DNA of 35,695 bases from Thermodesulfovibrionales bacterium (lineage in GTDB: Bacteria; Nitrospirota; Thermodesulfovibrionia; Thermodesulfovibrionales; UBA6898), in the NCBI GenBank assembly GCA_044450345.1, contig JBIOIY010000033.1, positions 1-35,695 on the forward strand, read 5' to 3'. Numbering within the stretch: the stretch's first letter is position 1; the number at the start of each line of letters is the position of its first letter. The position numbers were made by a program, and so were the translations under genes. The notes under the pieces are model-generated. The model did not search any database. It was given only the letters and a program-made list of their open reading frames with translations, and was not told the origin of the DNA. Of this stretch, positions 8,369 through 17,471 are shown piece by piece.

Positions 8369-9163
8369 GTGCAAAGACTGAGGATAGGCAGGTTCTCCTA
8401 CTCAAACCTCTTCCCGATCTTCTACATGCTCGAGAGGGAGGCGGACTGTTCGGCATACGAGTTCATCGAGGGGGTCCCCTCTTATCTCAACAGGGAGATT
8501 CGGGAGGGCAGGATAGATATCAGCCCTTCATCTTCAATCGAATACCTGAGAAACACCGGCGGATATGATCTGATCGAGGGCCACTCGATAAGTTCGAAAG
8601 GGCCGGTGGGGAGCATCTTCCTCTTCAGCAAGAGACCGATCGGGGCACTGGATAATATCACGGTATTCACTTCCTCACAGTCGGAAACGTCGGTAGCGCT
8701 TATCCATATCATACTTAAAAAATTCTTGAAGATAGAGTGCACTTTTGTATCGACCTCGGAGTCGATCGAAAAGGTGATGGGCCACAGTGAAGCCTATATG
8801 CTGATAGGCGACGATGCGCTCAGGGAGTCCCTCAAATGGCCGGGACTGCATATCTACGATATCGGCGACCTCTGGTATACTCATACCGGACTTCCCTCGG
8901 TATTCGCCCTCTGGATCGTGAGAAAGGAGTGCTGCGGGGAGAGAAAGGAACTCCTTGACAGGTTCATCCGAGACCTGGACGCTGCCAAGGCATCCGCACT
9001 GAGGAATCTGGGCGCCGTTGCCGAGGCATCCCCCCTCAGAAGTTTCCTCTCGAAGGAGGAACTGGTATCATACTGGAGGGGGATTTCCTATGACCTTGGA
9101 GAAGACCATAGGAGAGGGCTCGACCTTTTCAGACGTTACGCAGAAGACCTGGGAATTATTTAG
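8369..9163 (+). CDS. mqnA: Chorismate dehydratase, futalosine menaquinone pathway
   Basis: GRFSYSNLFP, GVPSYLN, SSSIEY, ISSKGPVGSI, SETSVAL, LIGDDAL, DIGDLWYTHTGLPSVFALW. Confidence 0.88.
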   Translation: MQRLRIGRFSYSNLFPIFYMLEREADCSAYEFIEGVPSYLNREIREGRIDISPSSSIEYLRNTGGYDLIEGHSISSKGPVGSIFLFSKRPIGALDNITVFTSSQSETSVALIHIILKKFLKIECTFVSTSESIEKVMGHSEAYMLIGDDALRESLKWPGLHIYDIGDLWYTHTGLPSVFALWIVRKECCGERKELLDRFIRDLDAAKASALRNLGAVAEASPLRSFLSKEELVSYWRGISYDLGEDHRRGLDLFRRYAEDLGII

Positions 9164-9220
9164 CGAGCCGGGCAGCCTATGTTCTCTCCGTGGTCTCGCA
9201 GCCTCAAAGAATTAATTTCC

Positions 9221-9310
9221 TCCTGAAAAGAGGACTCACTTTCTCAAAAGAGAAATTATTTTTGTACCTGCTGCCCATTTATCTCATCTTTCATCTGGCA
9301 TAAATATTGA
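9221..9310 (+). promoter_or_regulatory. Putative sigma54 promoter with tandem upstream activator sites
   Basis: TGGCATAAATATTGA at 9296-9310 (-24 GG; -12 GA instead of GC); palindromic sites TCCT-GAAAAG-AGGA (9221-9234) and TTCT-CAAAAG-AGAA (9241-9254), 20 bp apart. Confidence 0.6.
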
Positions 9311-9380
9311 TATATGTACAAACGAACAGCGAAATAAATGTATTGCTGAATTAATTTAATGACGAAAGGAGGTGAATCGA

Positions 9381-9833
9381 ATGAAGAAAGCAATAGCAAT
9401 CGTACTTTCAATTATGTTTGTCCTTGCCCTTACGTCAGTGACATTCGCGGCCGATGAAAAGAAGGCAGCAGCTCCTGCCGAGAAGAAGATGGCTCCTGCT
9501 GAAAAGAAGGAGGCAAAGGCCAAGATGAAACAGGTGACCGGTGAGGTCGCGGCTGTTGACGCGAAGGCCAACACGATCACAGTGAAGAAGGGCAAGAAGG
9601 ATACCACTATCACCGTCGACGACAAGACCAAGATCATGGTCGGCAAGGAAAAGAAGGCACTTGCAGACGTCAAGGTCGGGGACAAGGTGACCGTGCATTA
9701 TGCAGAGGCCGCAGCTCCTGCAAAGGAAGAGAAGAAGGCCGAGAAGAAGATGGAAAAGAAGGAGGCAGCTCCTGCTCCTGCTGCAAAGGAAGAAAAGAAG
9801 CCTGCAGCCAAGAAGCCCGCTGGCGGCTACTAA
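9381..9833 (+). CDS. Exported Lys/Ala/Glu-rich protein with small OB-fold-like (DUF5666-like) core
   Basis: Signal peptide MKKAIAIVLSIMFVLALTSVTFA; core VTGEVAAVDAKANTITVK...LADVKVGDKVTVHY; AAGGAGGTG RBS before ATG 9381. Confidence 0.8.
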   Translation: MKKAIAIVLSIMFVLALTSVTFAADEKKAAAPAEKKMAPAEKKEAKAKMKQVTGEVAAVDAKANTITVKKGKKDTTITVDDKTKIMVGKEKKALADVKVGDKVTVHYAEAAAPAKEEKKAEKKMEKKEAAPAPAAKEEKKPAAKKPAGGY

Positions 9834-9854
9834 TCAAGAGTTTCTTCGTCTGAC

Positions 9855-9895
9855 AAGAATACCTCCTTGGGTCCTGGACCTGGGGAGGTATTCTT
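9855..9895. terminator. Long intergenic hairpin (terminator or mRNA stabiliser)
   Basis: AAGAATACCTCCTTGGGTCC / GGACCTGGGGAGGTATTCTT, ~19-bp stem with three G-U pairs. Confidence 0.65.
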
Positions 9896-9950
9896 ATAAT
9901 GACCCTGTTCATCAGACAGTTAGTTGCGATCCGTATAAGGGAGGCGTACC

Positions 9951-10565
9951 ATGAAGGGCATAACCAGGTATTTTCTGTTTGGATTTTTTGTCCTGTTTGC
10001 ACTTACCGCTTGTTCCAAACAGCCCGTCCAGGAGATCAATGCAGCAAAATTGGCCGTGGATTCGGCGATGGCCGAGGGTGCTGAAAAATATTCTCCTGCC
10101 GAAGTAAAGAAGGTTAACGATGCCCTGACCGAAGCGATGACAGAGATAAAAACTCAGGACGGCAAGTTTATTAAAGACTACAAGAAGGCCGCTGAGATGC
10201 TGGCGAAGGTAAAGGCAGATGCTGATGAGTTAAGGGGGGGTCTGGCAGCAAAGAAGGAAGAGGCGAGAAAGAAGGCGCTCTCCGCCGAGGAATCGGCCAA
10301 TGCCTCCGTGAGCGAGGCAAAGGCGTACCTGTCACAGGCCATGAAGTCGTCGAAGGCAGACCTTGATATCGAGGCCCTGAGCAATAGCATCAAGGGGCTC
10401 GACGACGCACTCGCGGAAATAAGGAAGTTGATAGCCACCGAGGACTACACTACTGCGATAGAAAAGGCCGGCGGCGTGAAAGGAAATGCGGCGGAAATGG
10501 TTAAAGAGGCCGGGGATGCCGCTGAAAAAACGCCGCCAAAGACAGATACGAAAAAGAAGAAATAG
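9951..10565 (+). CDS. Helical lipoprotein (DUF4398-like)
   Basis: Lipobox LTAC after hydrophobic stretch; CSKQPVQEINAAKLAVDSAMAEGAEKYSP; Ala/Lys-rich helices; GGGAGG RBS. Confidence 0.75.
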   Translation: MKGITRYFLFGFFVLFALTACSKQPVQEINAAKLAVDSAMAEGAEKYSPAEVKKVNDALTEAMTEIKTQDGKFIKDYKKAAEMLAKVKADADELRGGLAAKKEEARKKALSAEESANASVSEAKAYLSQAMKSSKADLDIEALSNSIKGLDDALAEIRKLIATEDYTTAIEKAGGVKGNAAEMVKEAGDAAEKTPPKTDTKKKK

Positions 10566-10614
10566 GCGACAGGGAGGAGTCCGTGGCTTGATAAAGGATG
10601 CCCGTCCTGGTGAT

Positions 10615-10648
10615 ATAAAAAACCCCGCCGCATGCGGGGTTTTTATTT
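10615..10648. terminator. Intrinsic terminator, probably bidirectional
   Basis: AAAAACCCCGC-CGCAT-GCGGGGTTTTT, A-tract left and T-tract right. Confidence 0.85.
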
Positions 10649-10685
10649 GACCACAGCGCGAGCATTTAATATAAAATACAGCTAT

Positions 10686-12143
10686 ATGCGCATCATCGGA
10701 AAGACCGTAAAACAAAGTGTAAAAGACTACTTTCTCAAACGATCGCTTCACCAGAAGCTTGTGGCGATGATGCTGCTGCTCAGCCTTAGTCTTGTGTCGG
10801 TGTTCGTATTACTTTATTCACAAACCGAAAAGGCGATGTACGATGAGCTCGAAAAACAGACTGCTGAACTCACGAAGGCTATACAAGTCGGGGTTGAAGA
10901 AGTGACAAGCAGCGGCTCTACCGACGAGAAGAGGCTCCAGAACTATCTCCAGAAGCTCAACACCAGGGGGGTGAAGGAACTTTCGATCATCAGTAATTCG
11001 GACAAGATCATTTCGAGCACGAACCCCAAGAACATAGGAAAGTGGCTCACGACGAAGAAAAAGGAGCTCATCTTCAAGGCACAGTTGGGAGAGCCGGTCA
11101 CCGGTGAAGGCCACGCCTATAACGTCATCATACCCGTCGTCGCAGGGGAGAAACATTACGGCTACATCCACCTTACGATCAACACCGAGGACTTTTCGAC
11201 GTTTATGAGAAAAAGACTCCTGCAGAGGCTATTCGCGGCCGGCCTCGTCTTCGGCACCGGGATAGTCTTCATATTCTACTTCGCAAAGAGGTACACCGGG
11301 CCGATTGAAGAAGTGGTCGCTGCGGCCCGGAAGGTCGCGGGTGGAGACCTCAACCAGGAGCTGAATACCGAGAGAAAAGACGAGATAGGGGAACTCACCC
11401 ACAGCTTCAACTTCATGGTGAGGAAACTCAGGGAAGAACGCGAACTCGAGGAGAGGCTCAGGAAGGCGGAACATCTCGCCGGCATTGGCCAGTTCTCGAC
11501 GAGCATCGCACACGAGATAAAGAATCCCCTGAACTTCATCAGTCTCTCGATCGACCATATCAAAGAGAGGTACAAGCCGGTGGAAGGAGACAGGGACGCG
11601 TTCGAGTCCCTGATCTCAAACATCAAAAAAGAGATCCAGCGCGTAAGCGGGTTCGCCGAGAGCTTCCTGCAGTACGGCAGGCCGCTGGAACTCAATCTTC
11701 AGAAGACCGATATCGGGGTGCTCATCGAAGACGTAATCGGTCTTGTCATGGCAAAGGCGCAGAAAGAAGGCGTCGACATCCAGAGGGAATACGAGGCGCT
11801 GCCGGAGCTCTCCGTCGACAGCGAATTCATAAAAACCTGCCTCTACAACGTCGTCCTTAACGCATTCCAGGCGATGCCGGGAGGCGGCAGGCTTACCATA
11901 AGAACGAAGAAGACCGGGGAAAAGTTTAGTATAATAGTCGAGGACACGGGTATCGGAATATCTGAAGATAAGGCCGGAAGGATCTTCGACCCCTTCTTCA
12001 CGACCAAGGCACAGGGGCTCGGACTCGGGCTCGCGCTTACCAAACGCATCATCGAAGAGCATAAGGGCAAAGTGGATTTTAAGAGCGTCATGGGGAAGGG
12101 AAGCGCGGTCGCCATGATACTTCCTATTGAAAAGGAGGGCTAA
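10686..12143 (+). CDS. Membrane sensor histidine kinase (2 TM, HAMP, HisKA, HATPase)
   Basis: HAMP RKDEIGELTHSFNFM; H-box AHEIKNPL; N-box NAFQAM; DTGIGI; IFDPFFTTK; GLGLGLA. Start uncertain; TTGACC-17-TATAAA at 10647-10675. Confidence 0.93.
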   Translation: MRIIGKTVKQSVKDYFLKRSLHQKLVAMMLLLSLSLVSVFVLLYSQTEKAMYDELEKQTAELTKAIQVGVEEVTSSGSTDEKRLQNYLQKLNTRGVKELSIISNSDKIISSTNPKNIGKWLTTKKKELIFKAQLGEPVTGEGHAYNVIIPVVAGEKHYGYIHLTINTEDFSTFMRKRLLQRLFAAGLVFGTGIVFIFYFAKRYTGPIEEVVAAARKVAGGDLNQELNTERKDEIGELTHSFNFMVRKLREERELEERLRKAEHLAGIGQFSTSIAHEIKNPLNFISLSIDHIKERYKPVEGDRDAFESLISNIKKEIQRVSGFAESFLQYGRPLELNLQKTDIGVLIEDVIGLVMAKAQKEGVDIQREYEALPELSVDSEFIKTCLYNVVLNAFQAMPGGGRLTIRTKKTGEKFSIIVEDTGIGISEDKAGRIFDPFFTTKAQGLGLGLALTKRIIEEHKGKVDFKSVMGKGSAVAMILPIEKEG

Positions 12144-12145
12144 AA

Positions 12146-13546
12146 ATGACTGTAGTTCTCGTTGTAGATGACGAACCCCTTCAGAGAGACATACTGAAGA
12201 CGATTCTCGCGGACGAAGGATATGAGACCCATACAGCCTCTTCCGGAGAAGAGGCGCTCAAGGTCATCGCAAAGTATTATCCGGATGTCATACTCACGGA
12301 CCTCAAGATGGAAGGGATGGACGGGATAGAGCTTATAGAGGCGGTGACAAAAATGGAACTGCCGGCGAGGGACGGGTTCGGGCCGACGATGATCATCATG
12401 ACCGCCCACGGGACAATATCCTCGGTGGTCGATGCGATGAAGAAAGGCGCCTTCGATTACCTCACGAAACCCCTGAACAAAGATTCCCTCATCATGACTG
12501 TCAAAAGGGCCGTCGGGCACTCGGAACTCCTCAAGGAGAACCTGCAGCTCCACAAGGAGCTCTATGACAGGTTCAAGATAGAAGGCATCGTCGGCAAGTC
12601 CGGCATGATGCAGGAGGCGATCGAGATCATGAAGAAGGTCTCGGGCAGTTCCGCCACCATACTTATCAGGGGCGAGAGCGGTACGGGGAAGGAACTCGTG
12701 GCGAAGGCCATCCATTACAACAGCCCGAGACGGTCGAAGGCCTTTACCGCACTCAACTGCGCGTCCATACCGGAGAACCTCTTCGAGAGCGAACTCTTCG
12801 GCTATGAGCCTGGCTCATTCACCGGCGCAGTCGCACGAAGGATCGGCCTTTTCGAGGCTACAAACGGCGGCACCCTTTTTCTCGACGAGATCGGAGATAT
12901 GCCCCAGATGATGCAGTCGAAACTCCTGAGGGTCCTCCAGGACAAGGAGATCAGGCGACTTGGAGGAAAAGAAGCGATAAAGATCGATGTGAGGATCATC
13001 ACCGCAACGAACAAGGACCTCGAAAAGGAACTGATGAAAGGGAGTTTCAGGGAGGACCTTTACTACAGGCTGAGGGTGGTATCGATAGAACTTCCTCCGC
13101 TGCGTCAAAGGAGGAGCGACATCCCTGAACTAGTGGACTTCTTCATAAACAAATACAACCGTGAATTCGGCAAAAGAGTAAAGGGCGTTGAAGAGGCGGC
13201 GCTCAATGCCCTTGAGGGATACAACTGGCCGGGGAATATTCGCCAGCTCGAATCTGTAATAGAGAGGGCCGTGCTCATGTGTGATACCGACGCGATCAGG
13301 GTAAAGGACATAAAGGGAGAACTCAGGACGCTTCAGTCCGCTGAGGCGTTCGATCCGGACCTGCCCGAGGAAGGAATCAATCTCGATGAACTAGAAGCGA
13401 AGCTGCTGAGAAAGGCGATGACAAAGGCCAACGGCGTAGTTGCAAAGGCGGCCAAAATGCTCGGCCTGAGCTATAAAACCTTCTGGTACCGCTGGGAGAA
13501 ATTGAATCCCAGCGCCCCCTCAAAAAAGGAACCGCCTGCGGAATAA
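12146..13546 (+). CDS. NtrC-family sigma54-dependent response regulator (REC-AAA-HTH)
   Basis: VVDDE, LTDLKM, GESGTGKELVA, ESELFGYEPGSFTGA, LFLDEIG, FREDLYYRL, WPGNIRQL, Fis-type HTH. Confidence 0.95.
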   Translation: MTVVLVVDDEPLQRDILKTILADEGYETHTASSGEEALKVIAKYYPDVILTDLKMEGMDGIELIEAVTKMELPARDGFGPTMIIMTAHGTISSVVDAMKKGAFDYLTKPLNKDSLIMTVKRAVGHSELLKENLQLHKELYDRFKIEGIVGKSGMMQEAIEIMKKVSGSSATILIRGESGTGKELVAKAIHYNSPRRSKAFTALNCASIPENLFESELFGYEPGSFTGAVARRIGLFEATNGGTLFLDEIGDMPQMMQSKLLRVLQDKEIRRLGGKEAIKIDVRIITATNKDLEKELMKGSFREDLYYRLRVVSIELPPLRQRRSDIPELVDFFINKYNREFGKRVKGVEEAALNALEGYNWPGNIRQLESVIERAVLMCDTDAIRVKDIKGELRTLQSAEAFDPDLPEEGINLDELEAKLLRKAMTKANGVVAKAAKMLGLSYKTFWYRWEKLNPSAPSKKEPPAE

Positions 13547-13640
13547 GGGATTCGCTCTTTTCCGCGAACGGTTGCTCAAAAAAAGACATGGAAAGATGAA
13601 GGCTGAAACGCTGCACGCGAAGTCAGGAGGAAACAGAGAC

Positions 13641-14084
13641 GTGTTAAAGAAAAAAGAAAAAACTAATGTATTGAACCTGCCGTTCAATAAGATCCTTTTG
13701 ATAAAGAAGTCGGATGTCCCGGACACAATCTTTATGCTGGAGGACGAGCAGAAATACCAGAACCATTTGGGCACTGTCCATGCGAGCGCCCAATATGCCC
13801 TCGCGGAGGCAACAAGCGGTGAAATCATTGAAAGAAACCTGGGGGACTGGAGTGGCGCTTATTTCCCGGTCGTCAGAAGGGTCGAAATAAAGTATAAGAA
13901 TCCCGCAAAAGGGAGGTTATTTTCAACGGGGAACCTTGATCCGGACAGTGTTATGAAGGCGAAGAAGGAGCTTTCAGATAAGGGACGGACCCTGATAGAT
14001 GTCCCGGTAAAAATTGAAGACGAAGAAAAGGATGCCACCTTTGAAGGCACATTCACCTGGTTTATTGCAAGGGACAGAAAGTAA
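13641..14084 (+). CDS. Hotdog-fold thioesterase-like protein (DUF4442/YiiD-C-like)
   Basis: LPFNK, NHLGTVHASAQYALAEATSG, IKYKNPAKG. Start taken at GTG 13641 after AGGAGG. Confidence 0.75.
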   Translation: MLKKKEKTNVLNLPFNKILLIKKSDVPDTIFMLEDEQKYQNHLGTVHASAQYALAEATSGEIIERNLGDWSGAYFPVVRRVEIKYKNPAKGRLFSTGNLDPDSVMKAKKELSDKGRTLIDVPVKIEDEEKDATFEGTFTWFIARDRK

Positions 14085-14125
14085 TGGCAGTGGGTGACCC
14101 GCTACCAAAGCAATCGATACGTTCC

Positions 14126-17056
14126 TCATCGGTTCCTATGCAGTCCCTTTGCAATCCGGCTTTGCTGTTCGGTACTCACGTCGGCCTCGATGGCGAGAAT
14201 CTTCTTTTTGAACAGTTCGTACTCCTCTTCAGTTGCGGCCTCGAACCCGCTGCAGTCCTTCCCGAGCGAATGAAGGACCGTCGCGTCATCCGGCTTCATG
14301 ACATCGAGCGCCGCAAGCGCGTCCCTGATGTCCTCTCTCATCTTATCATTGACCGTACCGTTGCAGCACATGTTGAATTCCGGGATCGGGACCGACAACG
14401 CAAGAATCCTTATCCCCCTGTCGCGGTAGGCGTACGCCTTTTCCTCCATTAACCCACCCGCGTCAAAGCTTCCATCGACCACCGCCTTTGCCACCTCGTC
14501 ATGTCCGTCGAGGAACTCGTAATACCGGAGGTCCCTAAGTGAAATACCCGCGTCCTTCAGCGTGGCAAGAGGCATAATGAATCCGGTCGAAGAGGTTACC
14601 CCGCCGAAGGCAAAGCTCTTTCCCTTCAGGTCGTCCAGTGACCGGATCCCGGAGTCGCTTTTCACCACTACCGCTGCGTGATGATACGCCTCGCCTTTCC
14701 TCAGCGCCTTCGCAATCACCATTACCCCGTATCTCCTGTTAGCCTCCACATAGTTCGCGGGCCCCATCGCACACAGCTGCGTAGCGTTCTGGCCTATGTC
14801 CTTGACGGCGTCATCCATGTCGATAGCCACCTTGAGGTCGACTTTTATGCCCAGTCTGCGGCCGAGATATTCTGAAAGAGGGAAGAACTTCCTGAACATC
14901 ACCGAAGGCTCTTGCAGCGGAACGACGCCAAGCCTCACAGAATGTCCTTTCTTGCCCGAGAAACGGAAACGTTCCATTTCGGCCTGCAGTAGTTCAGCGT
15001 CCTTCTGCAGGTTCCAGAGCGTCTTGCTGATTCTGAAGGCGAGTTCCCTGTTTTGGACCGGGATATCTTTCATCGCCTCGACACTGTGCAGGATGCTCTC
15101 CGAACCCTTCTTATGCTCGGCCAGGGACATGGATATCTGGCGGCTTCTCTCTGAAACAAGCTCCGTGGCCTGAGCGATCTGACCGCTGCTCGTCGCCTGC
15201 TCATCAGTTGCCCCGCTCACCAGGAGAGACAATTTTCTCATCTTCTCCGCCGCCTCAGCGACCAGCCCGACCTCTTTTGACTGTTCTGCAGTGGCCTCGG
15301 CCACATCCTCTATCATCTTTCTCATGCGCTCGGTGGCCTCAGCCACCAGGAGGGCCGACTTCGCCTGCTCGGCAGTCGCACGTTTGATTGAGAGTGTCAT
15401 CTCGGATGACTTCTGCGAACTGTTGAGCACCTTCCTTAGCGCTTCCTCTGTTCCTCTGGCCAGCCCGATGCCCCCCTCAACTGAACGAATGCCTTTTTGC
15501 ATCGCATCGGCCGCATTCGCGACCTCCTCCTGTACCGCACGGATAAGCGCGGCTATCTCATTGGTGGAGGCCTCGGTCCTCTCCGCGAGAGCGCTGATTT
15601 CACCGGCAACCACAGAAAAGCCCTTGCCGTGTACCCCGGCCTCCGCCGCCAAAATAGCGGCATTGAGGGAGAGAAGGTTCGTCTCATCGTTCACCGTCTC
15701 GATGACCCCCAGTATCTTCTCGATCTCCTGCGACCTGTTCCCGAGCACGCGGATGCAATCGGCAGTCTCTGTGACGGATGACGAAATGTCTTTCATCCCA
15801 TCTATAGTCTTGGCAATCGAGGCCATCCCAAAGTTCGCGGCATCGCTCGTAACCTTCTCCGACAGGGCCGCCGATTCCTTTGCGTTCCTTTCCACTTCCT
15901 TTATCGTCGTCGTAATCTCGGATATCGCGGCGATGGTCTCATCGGATGCGTCGGCGAGTTCTCCGGAATTTGCGGCGACCGCCTTTATCGCCGTCGACAG
16001 ATGTTCGATAGAGTCGGTCGTCGATTCCACTATTTCCTTGAGTTCCTGGATGCTGCCGTTTATGCTCTTGATGCTCGACACCATCTGTTCAATCGATGCG
16101 GACGCGTCCCCGGCAGAGGCCGCGAGGCCCTCCGTATTCTCCGTGATCTCGGCAGCAGTTGCGTTTAATTCAAGGACAGAACTCGATATACTGTGCGTGG
16201 CCGCAGACTCGGCTTCGGCACCTTTCAACACTTTTTCCGACTCGCGTTCAACATCTCCCACAACCGCCAGGATCCTGTCGGAGAGTTCCTTGATCCGCAG
16301 GAGGACCCCTTCAAGTTTCAAAAAAGCGCCGTTAAGAAACTCTCCCGTCCGCCCGATCTCATCGGCGCTCCCCGACTCAATGGTGAAGGAGAGGTCGCCT
16401 TCAGCGATCCTTGCAGCGGCAGACTCCATGGATTTCACCGGCCTGATCACCATCTTCCTCAACATGGTCCAGAGCAGGAGGCTAAAGCAGAGGGACGCGG
16501 CGACGGTAATGAGGATCACCATCGTAATGAGCGCCATTGCCCTTTTGTATTCTTTCTCAATCGAAATGGAGGTCTTTACCGCCCCGAGCAGCGGGGCCTC
16601 CGTGCCATGGCATGTGCGGCAGGACGGCTGATTCCTGAGTGGCATATAAAAGATGATCCGCGACGTTTCTCTCCTCAGCAGCCGGTCCTTGCCCGACTTT
16701 AATTCCTCAAGGGCAGACGCATCCTTCTCAGGAGAGCCTTCCTTAAACGCTTCGCGCCCGGCGGCATTGAGGACGGTGATGTCGTCGATCCCCCCGATCT
16801 TGCGCATGTCCCCGACAATCTTCTTCGTGATATCCGCCTTGCCCTCAAGCATCGTCGTTTCGACATTCTGTGAGATTATCTGTGCAGTCTTTTCAGTGGC
16901 GAGTTCGGTAACGCTGTAAAGGGTAGTCTTCTGAATCGATACGGCCATGAAGCCGGCAGAGATGACACCTGCAATGAGGATTACCGCCACGGTGGCAAGC
17001 ACCTTCATCTCGAGACTTCGGGTCAGAATCTCCCGTCGGATAGTGATCTTACCCAA
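14126..17056 (-). CDS. Chemoreceptor: periplasmic c-type heme sensor, HAMP, extended MCP signalling domain, C-terminal PhnD-like substrate-binding domain
   Basis: Two TM flanking [40 protein letters not shown]-terminal LGVVPLQEP, DLKGKSFAFGGVTSSTG, GHDEVAKAVVDGSFDAG. Confidence 0.9.
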   Translation of the reverse strand: MGKITIRREILTRSLEMKVLATVAVILIAGVISAGFMAVSIQKTTLYSVTELATEKTAQIISQNVETTMLEGKADITKKIVGDMRKIGGIDDITVLNAAGREAFKEGSPEKDASALEELKSGKDRLLRRETSRIIFYMPLRNQPSCRTCHGTEAPLLGAVKTSISIEKEYKRAMALITMVILITVAASLCFSLLLWTMLRKMVIRPVKSMESAAARIAEGDLSFTIESGSADEIGRTGEFLNGAFLKLEGVLLRIKELSDRILAVVGDVERESEKVLKGAEAESAATHSISSSVLELNATAAEITENTEGLAASAGDASASIEQMVSSIKSINGSIQELKEIVESTTDSIEHLSTAIKAVAANSGELADASDETIAAISEITTTIKEVERNAKESAALSEKVTSDAANFGMASIAKTIDGMKDISSSVTETADCIRVLGNRSQEIEKILGVIETVNDETNLLSLNAAILAAEAGVHGKGFSVVAGEISALAERTEASTNEIAALIRAVQEEVANAADAMQKGIRSVEGGIGLARGTEEALRKVLNSSQKSSEMTLSIKRATAEQAKSALLVAEATERMRKMIEDVAEATAEQSKEVGLVAEAAEKMRKLSLLVSGATDEQATSSGQIAQATELVSERSRQISMSLAEHKKGSESILHSVEAMKDIPVQNRELAFRISKTLWNLQKDAELLQAEMERFRFSGKKGHSVRLGVVPLQEPSVMFRKFFPLSEYLGRRLGIKVDLKVAIDMDDAVKDIGQNATQLCAMGPANYVEANRRYGVMVIAKALRKGEAYHHAAVVVKSDSGIRSLDDLKGKSFAFGGVTSSTGFIMPLATLKDAGISLRDLRYYEFLDGHDEVAKAVVDGSFDAGGLMEEKAYAYRDRGIRILALSVPIPEFNMCCNGTVNDKMREDIRDALAALDVMKPDDATVLHSLGKDCSGFEAATEEEYELFKKKILAIEADVSTEQQSRIAKGLHRNR

Positions 17057-17090
17057 TATTCAAGAGCTCCCCTCCAATGGAATTCGCTAT

Positions 17091-17459
17091 TTATCTTGCA
17101 AGATAGGTATTAACGAGCTTAAGCAGTTCCTGTGTCTGGATCGGTTTCGGCAGGTATGCGTTGGCGCCGATCGAGAGAGCCCTCTTTCTGTCTTCTTCCG
17201 CGCCTTCGGTCGTTACGATAATTACGGGGATGTCTTTATATGCGGGGTTTCCACGAACAAGGCTCACGAGTTTAAGACCGTCCATTACCGGCATATTGAT
17301 ATCGGCGAGGATGAGGTCGATCTTCTCCGAAGAAAGTTTCTTCAGGGCGTCCACCCCGTCAGTGGCCTCAATAACATGACAACTCGGGATCCTCTTTATC
17401 GCAAAACTTATAAGCTGCCTCATTGTCGGCGAGTCTTCAACAACGAGAATATTCGGCAT
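17091..17459 (-). CDS. cheY: Single-domain CheY-like response regulator
   Basis: ILVVEDS, DLILADINMPVMDG, VTT, YLPKPI. Confidence 0.9.
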   Translation of the reverse strand: MPNILVVEDSPTMRQLISFAIKRIPSCHVIEATDGVDALKKLSSEKIDLILADINMPVMDGLKLVSLVRGNPAYKDIPVIIVTTEGAEEDRKRALSIGANAYLPKPIQTQELLKLVNTYLAR

Positions 17460-17471
17460 ATCACAATCCCC

